Notes under the pieces: model-generated
Seen by the model: only the letters and a program-made list of their open reading frames with translations
Databases searched by the model: none
Told to the model about the DNA's origin: nothing
Part shown: positions 12,603 to 23,790 of the stretch, piece after piece
Layout: each line of letters begins with the position of its first letter
Position numbering within the stretch: position 1 is the first letter of the stretch
Made by a program: the position numbers and the translations under genes
From: Pseudogymnoascus verrucosus
Lineage: Eukaryota
Length of the DNA stretch: 64,000 bases
Assembly (NCBI GenBank): GCA_001662655.1
Contig: KV460239.1
Reading direction: 5' to 3' (one strand)

Positions 12603-14329
12603 TTATGTAATTGCTGAGAGTGGTTGCATCTCCAAGTAGAATTGACTTTGCGCATCTAAATTCTCCAACTTCGTAAGTAGCCTCTTCAAATTATCACTCG
12701 CCTTTTTACTCAGGCTCTGCCCTTCCCCCCCCGTCCTAATATCATCAAACAAAGCAGTTCCAATATCCCTGATCTTTGGAATCAAAGAACTCCCATTCGC
12801 CTCCAACGTCTCTTGTGGCATGTAGTACAGGATTTCGAGGAGGTCTTCAACGATAGACTTTCGGTCTGTGATCAAACTAAGGGTTGTCTCTTGTACAACA
12901 GAACTGCCGACAAGGTGGATAATTTGTTCAAGTATGTTTGACTGGATATGTAGTTGAGTGATGTACAGATTTGCCGTCTGGACACATGTACCGAAATTAC
13001 TCTGTGGAGGTCGAGAAAGGCCTCCCCGCCAAATCAACTCCGGGGGCAGGTAGTCGAGCGCACGCTTAATTAGATTCATGTAGTGCTGCAGACCAGCAAT
13101 GGAAGGTGGCGATTCCTGCTGGCTTTGATTCCAAAGGAGGAAGAGCTTGGAAAGATAGTTCAGTCCAGGAACATAGGACCTGTCATTACCGTGCCACGGG
13201 CCATACGGATCTGGATTCTGACTTGGGTCGAGTTCGTCGTCAGAGAGCTCGAGCGGCTTCAGGGCACTGATGTTGTCTTGAGGGGTCAAGAGACCCACGT
13301 ATGGGAAGCCCTTTAGGTCAGCAGAGCTAGACATTATTGTGAGTAAATAAGACGCATCAACGCTCATAACCATATTACTACATAGAGAACGTACCATCCT
13401 GCCGCAAAGACTAGCCAGTAAAGCCGCTTGAGCAATTCTTGAGAAGCCGAGGTCATATTAGGCATTTCGTAGTGTATGAGATACTTGATGCCGATCACGG
13501 CCTCGGACATGCTCGTGAAGCACTGGGCGTCATTGATTAGATGATTTGACACGCTTAGGTTGTACTTCATCTGGCACCACTCAAGGGTAAAATGTCTCCT
13601 TGGCATCTGGTGCATGTTCATCTCATCAATCACCTCCCAACATCTTTCCGGATTAACCAGCGTGCCGTAGTCTTGCGAGCTTTTGCGTCTAAGGCTGGCA
13701 ATTGTGGCAGCGCACAGGGACACCACTAGCGCCGCGAACGTTCCATCTTGCGTGGCTTCCGTACTTCTGAGCCGGGTTAGGAATGCCCTACGATGCAAGA
13801 ATGGTGCAACGGAATGGATCTGCTCGAACCAACTGTGCACGATCTGCTCGATCACAGGAAGAGGTGCGAGGCGATGTATGCCGTACACAACTGTTGCGGC
13901 CGTTGCGGCGACTGGGGAAACAGAGTTGCTTGAATCCAGGCCGGGTACGTTGGCTAGGTTCTCAATTGCGGGGCTCCTCCTTTGGGCTGCTACGAACCTA
14001 GCGTGAACAATCAGTCAAGCTGGTCAATCGAAGCGGCGTGTATGTGAGCAGACTGGTTCAAAGGTCCCCTTCGCTTCCGTGGTCTGTCTTGAGTACATGA
14101 TATCATTAGCACATGACATGTTCGACATACCGCGCCTTCGTAAATGCACTGAAATCCGTAATGGTTAGCTTTTCTGTTGCGACAAAACCTTCGCTACCAC
14201 TAATCATTGGATCATCACCTTTGTTTTCCGAGCACGGCAAGCATCGCATGCGTTGCTCGAGCGTGTTCTCCGCACGACCACCTCGTGGGTCGGGGTATCT
14301 GGGGTTGAAAGGGTTGAAACACGCTCCAT
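12603..14329 (-). CDS. Zn(II)2Cys6 transcription factor with fungal-specific TF domain
   Basis: Spliced N-terminus MERVST...NACDACRARKTK|CIYEGAVCRTCHVLMISC...RKRRGP; middle homology region PFLHR..F...KRLYWLVF; C-terminal ANLYITQL and LIPKIRDIG. Confidence 0.9.
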
Positions 14330-15012
14330 TGGTCGGTGGGGGAGCAAAATTGATGAGAAGCAGCGAGGAAAATCCTCGGAGTTATATAGTGGGCCGGCTG
14401 TAGGTCGGCGGAAAGAAATATCGTGGGGAAGTTAGACAGCGGGGTCGGAGGCTAGGTGACCGCGTGGAAGAGTATTAGAGTCCGCTGCTGGATTTACGCC
14501 GAGACATATTCCCCTACTCGCTTTAGCGCGTTGGCAACCAAGGGATTGGTTTTACGGTGATAAAGAGCGGGGCGTGGCGGGGTCCCCACAGGGATTTTGC
14601 CTGACAGCCTGTCGACCCTAGCAGCCTCTAGGCCCCGCGTCTAGACTTGCGTCTAATAATGAAGTTTTCCTTCCGAGGTTTTTCCTGTTATACTATCAAA
14701 TGACGGGTTACGGCAAGGCTAGCTTGTCAATGCCGTGCTAGGGATGGCTCAGACCCATGTTTACTTCCTTCTCGTCCAAATAACTTGGACCTTTCAACCT
14801 CCAGGGATGGTGTCTACTATGCTTCCCCATCCTCTTTAGGATGTATATGCGTGAGCATCTTCTCCGTATACAAATAACCTGCATTTCCCCGCAAAATCAA
14901 GCTCCATCGACGGCCATACCCAGACGACAAGACCATCGAGCACCACTCAATTGCACACCTCAAGACTAGAACTCTTCCTCTTCTGTTTCTACTTTCAATC
15001 CCACACGCGGCC

Positions 15013-16760
15013 ATGAGTGAGAAGGAAGAAGGGTCGGCCACGGCGGCCATTGAGACCGTCCTCGCACACAACCCTCCAACCACTCCAGTGGGCGCCGACG
15101 TGCATTGGTGGCAGCAACCGAACCTACGCAACTTATACCTCCTGATGCCCTTTTTATTCCTGGGCTCCACGACCCTTGGCTATGACGGCAGTCTCGTCAA
15201 CGGCCTGCAGACCATGCCCTCATGGCAAGACTGTTTGTCCTCCCCCCCAAATAGCTGCCTCGTCCCTAACTAATCTGAACGATAAGTCTTCAACCACCCC
15301 ACCGGCGCCGCCCTCGGCATCATCGGTGCCATTCCCGGTTTTGGCGGCCTTGCCATTCTCCCCTTTGCCCCCTACATCGTGGACAACTTTGGTCGCCGCG
15401 CCGGAATCGCCATCGGCTGTCTGACCGTCTTCCTCGGCGCCCTCCTACAGTCTTTCCCCAACCCGTCCCACCCAAATGAAATCTACCTTGCCGGCCGCTT
15501 CATTATCGGCATTGGCGGCACTCTGACGAACGGCGCAACCCCCCTCCTCATCACCGAGATCTCGCATCCTAGACATCGCGGCAGAGCCACCACCATCTAC
15601 AACACCCTGTGGTACTTGGTAAGTCGCAACCCCACGGTGCCGGCCACATAAAAAAAACAGCTAACACTTCGCCACAGGGAGCCATCATCGCCGCCTGGGT
15701 CGGCTACGGCACCCTATCCCACATGACTGGCAACATCCAGTGGCGCCTGCCAACAGGTCTGCAACTTGCCATGCCAGGCCTCCAACTCCTCGCCCTCTAC
15801 TTCATCCCCGAGTCCCCCCGGTTCCTTATCAGCAAGGAGCGAAATGACGAGGCCCTCGCCTTCCTGCTCAAGTACCACGGTGACTGCGGCGCCGATGCCT
15901 TCGCCCGCTGGGAGTTTTCCGAGATCCACGAGACGCTTCATATGGAGAAGGCGGCTGCGGACAGCAGTGGGTGGTATGAATTGGTCCGCACGCCGGGGAA
16001 TCGCAAGAGGTGTTTCCTCATCGTCTGCACGGCCATCTTCTCGCAATGCTCTGGCAACGGATTGGTGTCCTACTATCTCTCCTCCATCCTCAAAACTATC
16101 GGGATCACTAGGTAGGCTCTCCTCCGTCCCACCGGAACCACTTCTACATTCAGAAATCAATCCTAACTAACCCTTCCCAGCTCCACAAAGCAAGCCCTCA
16201 TCAACGGCGGCCTCACCATCTGGGCCTTCCTTGTCTCCCTCTGCTTCGCCTTCACAGTCGACAAGCTTGGGCGACGCTTCCTCTTCCTCTTCGCTGGCCT
16301 CGGCATGCTAGTCACCTTCACGGTTTGGACCGCCTGCAGCGCCGTGTACGCCAAGAACGGAAGCACCGAGGCCGGCTCCGCCGTGCTCGCCATGATCTTC
16401 CTCTTCTACGGCGTCGCCGGTCTCGCCTGGCCAGGTCTCACAGTCTCCTATACAGTTGAGATCCTGCCCTACAACATCCGTGCCAAGGGATTGACACTCT
16501 GCTTTGTCTTCACGCAGTTGTCTGGTGTGTTCAACCAGTATGTCAACCCAATTGGCCTCCAGAATCTGGCGTGGAAATTCTACTTTGTGTATATCGCGGT
16601 GCTGGTGATTGAATGCGCGGTGATCTACTTCTTCTACGTCGAGACGAAGGGTCCGACGCTCGAGGAGATCGCGGTGCTGTTTGATGGGGATGACGCGAAT
16701 GTCATGGCCGAGCCTATGGAGGGGAAGAAGACAGTGGGACACTTGGAGGACATGTCGTAA
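15013..16760 (+). CDS. MFS sugar porter, lactose/cellodextrin permease (LAC12/CDT-like)
   Basis: GYDGSLVNGLQ, DNFGRR, EISHPRHRG, PESPRFL, SQCSGNGLVSYYL, EILPYNIRAKG and ETKGPTLEEI motifs; three introns. Confidence 0.92.
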
Positions 16761-17358
16761 GAAGGGGTGTAAGATCATCAATTGTTAAGTTCTCCATATG
16801 AATGATATGCTGAATCTATACGTATACTTTGTGGTACGTTGAGTTGACCGAGATGCGAGTTGAACACATCTCTTCGAGCTAGCTAGCTCCCAGCCACCAC
16901 CCTGTACTACCTTCATTGAATGTATAACCTCTCGCACTTCATGTATTAATGATATGAATAACTTTAGGATGTCATCATATCCTCAAATGTCGACCGAGCA
17001 TCAGACAACACAGTATGCGCGGTCCTATAAGTTTGGACACGCTTATCGTCACCGGCCTCGCTCTTCGATGTCAACGAAATGGATTCGCAGCGATTTCGCA
17101 GCGATACCAGTGGCTCTATTGTGGCCACAAGGTTCAGCTGGCCATGGGCCTGAGAAATACGTGGACGTAACGTCGCTCTAGGATACGCTATAGATGCATT
17201 GGCACAGAATTCACAAGTGGATTGAAGTTTACACAGAGAACCAAAGTCTCTGCCATAGATTCATTTTTATATCCTGTGCTTGAATAGGTACAGAGTAACT
17301 GAGATCTATGGGCCGATGATTCGTTGCCCATGGAGAAGACACTTACAGACCTAACACT

Positions 17359-18575
17359 TTACGAATTGAAGGCGAACTGTTCATACAGCGCAGGTCCGGT
17401 ATAGGTCGGACCACCTGTTACCCCACCCGTCATATCACCTGCCCAGCGTTGGTAGATAGTGGCTGGAGCGAGCGTGGTGGTGGTAGTAATATTAACCACG
17501 AGTGTTCCATAATCTCCGCCAAGGTCAATAGTCATTTGATAACCTTCTGGGGCTCCGGACGTAGAAAGGGGTGGGTACTGGCTATTTCTGCCTGTTGGGC
17601 GAACCTTGATGCCAGAGCAAGAAGTTTTGATAATGGCTCCGTTGAGTGCAACGTACGCGCTTACATACTCAATTCCGTCATTGCCTAAGACGTCAAACCA
17701 TACAATAGAGTAAGGTCCTAGGCGCCCATGGCCCCAATACCAGCTTGCCACAGTCGTGGTAAAGCCTTCATCACCCCAGTTCTGTCAAAGGTCAGTTTCA
17801 GATTTTTAGATGATCATATATAGTTGAAGGAGTTACCTTGTCATGGTAGCCCACACCGTTGAACTGAAGTTTTTCACCAAGGATGGTGAAATCTGCAATG
17901 GCATTCGCATCAGGCATAGCATTTGCCCAGCCGATGTGCGGGGACACTTCTAAATTTGCGCCAGCCACTTTTGGTGAGCATGGATAATGGGCTGGGGCAA
18001 CCTAAGAGGGAAGGAATTCTGTTAGTTACGGCTTAATCTGTTAAGGAAGATTGCGCACTTACAGAGTTCAACTGCAGGGTACCCTTAATGCCAAGGACAG
18101 GGTTGTCAACAGTGACAGTGTAACTAGACAGGTCGGGCGCTCCTTCAAACGAGAATCCAGTTCCACCCCAGGTACCAGATGCGCCGTCGCCATTCGTTGT
18201 AATGGTTGCCGACCCACCAATAAGGGGATCAGCTAAAGGATCGAAAATCAGAGTTCCGTTCGGGAAGGTTGCGAATATGTCGACAGAGAGCACGGATCCG
18301 GACGGGACGAATGGAAAGCCGAGGCTAGTAGATAGATAGAACACTATGACAACAGCAGCCTCGCTGTCCGACGATACGGCATCGAAATACCACCAGTCAA
18401 AGGAGGTGGCATTCACCTCGTTGGTCAGCTTTGGCCCATCAAGAGCGGATGACCCCGAGACAAATTGAGCAATGCTGGGTCCAACAGCAATTTTATTGGG
18501 GACCACTAGAGTTGAAGCGGCTCTGGCAGAGCCAAACAGCGCGCAGGCGGCAAGACTAAGATGCCACAGCTGCAT
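17359..18575 (-). CDS. Secreted Diels-Alderase/AsqO/CrtC-like (lipocalin-type beta) protein, paralog A
   Basis: Signal peptide; NATSFDWWYFDAVS, GWANAMPDA, GYHDK|NWG, WYWGHGRLGPYSIVWFD and YEQF motifs; introns after ...LNS and after YHDK. Confidence 0.82.
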
Positions 18576-18881
18576 CTTCAGTTGGATGGCGAGTTAGATA
18601 TTCCTGTTGAGAGATGAAAAGTTAGACACGGTGTGGGCTGTTCCCCAAGGACTTTCGTACCATACTTATAGATTTGATGTCTTGCTCACTAGAGTGGACA
18701 AGGTGGCACAATTTTCAGAAGTTAGATGAACAGGAATGATTCCGGCTAGAGAAATCACGCATTGCAAACTAACTAGCACCTAAAATGCACGTCGAGCCAT
18801 TTGCAGGAGTGCTTGTCAGCTTCACTGACACAGGTCCTGCACGACGCGGTGACATTTTGTCCCACCCTAGTAGCGTTAACC

Positions 18882-18925
18882 AGATAAGCTTTACGGGGAA
18901 ATAGATAAGCTTTTCGGGGAAATAG
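18882..18925 (+). promoter_or_regulatory. 21-bp tandem duplication containing GATAAG and CGGGGAAAT in a divergent promoter
   Basis: AGATAAGCTTTACGGGGAAAT followed by AGATAAGCTTTTCGGGGAAAT (one mismatch). Confidence 0.6.
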
Positions 18926-19255
18926 TCGCGTATATGCTGGCACCTGCTACCCTAATGATTGGGTACGGTCTTTTACACATACATCCCCCGCGTTTTACAT
19001 TGCGTTTCCACTTCTATAGACCTTGGAGCCTGAAGTCTGGAACCCGGGGAAATGTGGGGGAGGGAACTGTAGCGGCAGGACCATGAAAATTAGTAGAGGT
19101 CGCTCCTCGATACCGGTATCCTGCAGTCACAAGTTAATGGCCCTAATACAATCCCCCGCTTTTGCATACGTTTTCTTCAGGGCCTTCCTGCCGCTTTTGA
19201 CTCCATTTTCAGTGGCGTCCAACGATATCTGCCGTAGCTCAGAATTGCCCGCGTT

Positions 19256-19293
19256 TAGCGGGGGAAGCTAGCGGGGGAAGCCTGCGGGGAATC
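19256..19293 (+). promoter_or_regulatory. 13-bp tandem repeat of GCGGGG (CreA/Mig1 SYGGRG-type) sites
   Basis: TAGCGGGGGAAGC TAGCGGGGGAAGC CTGCGGGGAATC. Confidence 0.55.
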
Positions 19294-19884
19294 ATACAAA
19301 AGTTGCCAGAAAGCCTTTTTTTCAAGATGTCGGCTTCACCAATCGACCAGATCCTCGGGGCCATCCTCAGCCAGAGTCATAAAAAAGTTGTCAGAAAGCG
19401 TTCCGTCTCAGCTAGGGCGCTATCTGTCATCAAAACAGGCTCTCAGCTATTCGGTTCCCCTGCTAGGCAGCATCTATCAAGAGCGTTGTCCAGACGCTAG
19501 TATACCCCAACCCTTCACTCAGAGAGACAAAAACATGTATTTTGAAGTCTATGCGAGTCAATGGCATCTTGTCAAATCCTAGTTGGTGCTGGGAAAACTC
19601 GTGGTTCCCCGCTCGAATGACACTAGAGAAGTTCGAACAGGGCATCGGCCGAAAGGAAATAGAATAAAGTAGCCTCTACTATATTAGCACATTTGATTAG
19701 TGATTCAGGCGATTGTATTATAAGGGAAGCTCTAATGGCATAAATGCATAAATGCAGACCCAAAGTCCGCATAGGAATGATCAATAGTTTCCTTTGGATC
19801 CCTTAGAGGCACTAATCCACCTCGTTCTTCACCTAACTCATTTACCGTCTCCGGAGAAGACCACTGATTCGAACTGTCAAATAA

Positions 19885-21105
19885 ATGATGAAGAATTTCC
19901 TCTTAGGCCTCTCGGCCCTCTTTCTGGCTTTTGTTCCCCCTGGATTGGCTCATACGGCTCCTAGCTCAATCACCTTCTCTCCGCTCCTGTATCCGGGGCC
20001 CGTCGACGTCCAGTTTACATCTAGTCCTAGCGCTGCTGACGGCCCCAGAGTTTTTCCTATTAATGCGACGACATTTGACTGGTGGTACTTCGACGCTGTG
20101 TCCGATGATGGAACTCAAGCTGTTACAATCATCTTTTTCACTTCCTCCTATATCGGGTTCAGCTTCAATCCTACAAGCGCTATCGATCCCTTGAATATTT
20201 ATGTCTTCGCTAACTTCCCGAATGGGACATCAACTTCGTTTCCTGTACCGGCGACATCAGTAACGATTACTACTGATGGCAACGGGGCGACAGGTGAATG
20301 GACCGGTACCGGTATTGGTTTTCAAGGAGCAGCTGACCTCAGCACCTACAATGTCACCTTTGACAACGCCCTCTTGGGTCTGAGTGGATCCATCTCTCTT
20401 GCATCTGTGAGTTGTTTCTCTGTCTTGTGGTTCCTAAGCTAATAAATACTCAGCGCGGTCCAGGTCATTATTACTGCGGCCCGCTAGAGGCAGGACTAGA
20501 CGAGCAAGTGTTGTCTAATATCGGTTGGGCCAACGTTATGCCGGCAGCTGATGCAGTCGTTGACTTGACTCTCTCGGGTCAGCCATTGAAATTTAATGGA
20601 AACGGTTATCACGACAAGGTGAGTTCTATTTCATATCCCTTTGCGTTAGTCATTGTACAAATTGTTCAGCTACTGACGATCTGGTACCTAGAACTGGGGT
20701 GACACACCATTCACGTCTGCCCTTCAAAGCTGGTATTGGGGCCACGCAACTTTTGGCGACTATAACATTGTCTTCTTTGACATGGTTGACGCTGCAGGGG
20801 AGGAGAAGGTCGGGGGATATGCACTGCTCAACGGAGAAGTTATTGGTTCTACCTGCACTACGGGGATGGTGATTCGACCAGTCGGGACGCCATATCCACC
20901 GACTCAGAGTACTGCACTCCCTACCCAGCTAACAATCAATATGACTCTCAACGATGGAAGCACCCTGTCTGCGGTTGTGACCAAGGTAGCGACCCAAATT
21001 GATATTAAGTTATATACCCGCTGGATTGGTACTATTAAGGGTACTGTCCACGGTGTGACACAATCTGGGTCGTCGGTATGGGAGCAATTTGCGGTTAACC
21101 CTTAA
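19885..21105 (+). CDS. Secreted Diels-Alderase/AsqO/CrtC-like protein, paralog B
   Basis: Signal peptide; NATTFDWWYFDAVS, GWANVMPAA, GYHDK|NWGD, WYWGHA and WEQF motifs; same two intron positions as paralog A. Confidence 0.82.
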
Positions 21106-21311
21106 ATTGGCTATTACTTCATATTACTTCATATTATAGCTATTTACTCTGGTTCTTTGAGTAAAATATCCTTCGCATGCGACAATGGCTGATGAAGGGC
21201 TAGCTTAAATCAGATTGTAGTAATTTAAGTTATGGTGTAACGGGGAATCCGGCAACCATGTTGGAGGAAGGCCCCTCAATTACTACCCTCATTTTCTTCT
21301 CCATCGTTCTC

Positions 21312-22841
21312 CTACTCGCTCGCTTCTGCTTCCGTCTCTATAGAGAGCATCACATTTGTTAACCATTCCGTCAGACTCTTGAAAATATGCACGTCGCTGC
21401 TGTCCTGCCAGGGTGCGTGATAGAAAACAGCATACTCTCCATCTGGCGACTTAATTCCCCGCCTCGCCTTTTGGAAGGTTCTCCATGTCTCTGGTGGACA
21501 CATGAAATGGATGTAGCCGTCGCAATCTGCCGGGGCACTGCTGACGTAGACGTTGCCTAACTCCGTTTCATCATCGTACTGAGTATCGACCAATTCTTCA
21601 TATGTACTCCCATCATCACGGGTCCGCGTCTCATTTGTTTGCGTACTTTGAAAATCATCTTCGCCATCGTCGCCCATCCACATTGCGCAGTCATCAGCAG
21701 GGCATACCGAGACGTTTTTAGAGATACCACTCCAACCACCTCCTGCAAAATTCCAGCCCCCGTAGAAACCATTGGCAACCATTGCAATCTCTTTCACATC
21801 AGGAGGAAGCGGAGCGCCTAGGTGTTGCTCAATCTCAGTAATGCGTTCAGCTGTAATGGCGGGGAGAAGAATATCGGCTGGTGAGTTAATTCCGGCAGCT
21901 AAATAGTCTCCATGGTAAACAGAGAAGGCGGCTATCGAGAGTCGTTGAAGGAGATCGGATACCGGACTTTCAATTGGTTCTTTGTGGATGGAAACTCCAC
22001 TCGGCCGTTCGAGTTTGGTATCGAGAGCTGTACACACTTGCTGCACAATTTCTTTCGCTTCTTCGGCGTTATATCTCTTAATTGGTGGATCAGACATGAA
22101 TGTCATGAGCAATTGATAGAAAGCTGGATTGCAGAAGAACTCGTCTCCAAATCGGTAAATTCCAATTTGTTGGAAAATCTCGCAGGCTCTTTGAAAATGG
22201 CCAAGATACATCGTAATGATGAAGTACGAACGGTCGTTAAAGATGTTACCGTAGCCCGCTGGTAGTGTCATGGTCGATAGCTTTTCTAACGCCTCAAATG
22301 CTTCTTGAAGGGTTTCTCGACTCGGTGGCCTTCCATCTTTGGGCTGACACAACAAATGTGCGCAGATGGATTGGGTCCAACAGTCACTCGAATCCTTCCA
22401 CTGATGTACATCATAGTCATCACCAATGGCAATCCCCTGCGTCTCCGTAATCCATGATGCATCACTCCACCCGTCGTAGAACCGCACATTCTCTGGGTCG
22501 CTGAGTCGCTTTTCTTCAGCGAGGCGCTTTTCGTCCCACTGCGGCCATGGTGTGTTTGTTGGTCTGCCTAAGAAGTAGCTCCAGAAGAATTCGAAAGTGC
22601 GTTCCCCTTGGGGCATGTTGCAAAACTCTGGCACTTGAAAGAGCTTTCCGAGAATGGCATTTGCGGCATCAGGTTTGCAGCTGACGATGAGATCATCAAC
22701 AAATCTGATAATCAGTTCTGCAGGTTGGGGATCATAACAAGTCGGACTGTTGTAATCTAATGGGAAAGCAATTAAATCGCTGGCGCAAATTTGGTCACAT
22801 GTCCAGCGAAGTACGGATCTGACTTCTTTGCGGATCGCCAT
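21312..22841 (-). CDS. SMI1/KNR4 (SUKH) domain protein with large N-terminal helical region
   Basis: ~510-aa intronless ORF from MAIRKEV; PAITAERITEIEQHLGAPLPPDVKEIAMVANG is the SUKH helix-LP signature; ends ...FKSLTEWL. Confidence 0.72.
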   Translation of the reverse strand: MAIRKEVRSVLRWTCDQICASDLIAFPLDYNSPTCYDPQPAELIIRFVDDLIVSCKPDAANAILGKLFQVPEFCNMPQGERTFEFFWSYFLGRPTNTPWPQWDEKRLAEEKRLSDPENVRFYDGWSDASWITETQGIAIGDDYDVHQWKDSSDCWTQSICAHLLCQPKDGRPPSRETLQEAFEALEKLSTMTLPAGYGNIFNDRSYFIITMYLGHFQRACEIFQQIGIYRFGDEFFCNPAFYQLLMTFMSDPPIKRYNAEEAKEIVQQVCTALDTKLERPSGVSIHKEPIESPVSDLLQRLSIAAFSVYHGDYLAAGINSPADILLPAITAERITEIEQHLGAPLPPDVKEIAMVANGFYGGWNFAGGGWSGISKNVSVCPADDCAMWMGDDGEDDFQSTQTNETRTRDDGSTYEELVDTQYDDETELGNVYVSSAPADCDGYIHFMCPPETWRTFQKARRGIKSPDGEYAVFYHAPWQDSSDVHIFKSLTEWLTNVMLSIETEAEASE

Positions 22842-23790
22842 AATTGACGATGCGATGGTTTCTTGTGATTTTGCGATTGAAGGACTGGAGTATGTACGTA
22901 GAAACAACGTATGTCGAATATGTGCAGACGATTAGGCATGGAATACGGGGACCACACACGAATTGTACGGTGTCTCCGGTGTAAGGTTAGTTGTTTCCAA
23001 TGTCAGTAGAAACGTACAACAATGTTATCTTCTAATGTCAAAGTGACGGAAGTCCTGGTGAAGGCTCAGACTCTTACAAATCCTCATCGCCTATTGTGTG
23101 TGCATAAGAAGGTTTGTTGGGGGGAACGGACATTCCCGCTAGCACACGGTGTATGGAGGTGTTCGACGCTTATTTGTGTGGGGTCCCTGGCCCTGAATCA
23201 TATTGTAATAACTAAATTGGGCAATCTGAGAGTTGAAGAATATGCCACACCTACATATTTAACACGTGGATATGTTCACATTGGGAAAAGGCTACTAGCA
23301 TTTCAGCATGTATTCAGAAGACGTTATCAGTTGATGGATAGCTCGGATATATACGGTAGCGTGGCAACGACCATCTATTGTATGTCTTCTTCAGTCCAAC
23401 CGCCATCAGATGGTGCCACCGACCCTTTGAAGCTGCAGAATCGTACCGTCCGTCAGGGCCTCACTATAAGAGAAAATCTCCTCTTCAGCACGTCCTACTC
23501 CGCCGGGGCATTCACTGCTTTCACATAACCGCGTTGCCATGGCTATACTCATGTGTTGTTCCCGAATCGGAAGCGTTCTTTGTGGCATGGCAAGCAGCAT
23601 TGGCGATGTAGCTAGCGAGGATTCTGCAAGTGGTGCACATTGACTCTACCAACTGAGGCTCGACGATGTTATCGCATGTTGAGGCCGTATGGGGGTCCCG
23701 TAAAGCCGACGAGGTCGGTAGTCGCACGATTGGGCGATGTGTATGAATTGGTATAGTAAACCTTGAAGCTGCAAGGCTACAGGGTAACTT

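Noticed and set aside
18882..19293. Short direct repeats as a CRISPR-like array
   Set aside because: Eukaryotic context, no unique spacers and only 2-3 abutting copies.
10340..23790. Intact Starship or other transposon
   Set aside because: No tyrosine recombinase, transposase, terminal repeats or matching 5S 3' half could be seen, so it is not called as a mobile element.
22900..23790. ORFs of 60-170 aa between the SUKH gene and UPF2 as a possible cognate toxin
   Set aside because: No recognisable motifs or coding-like composition; probably promoter and UTR sequence.
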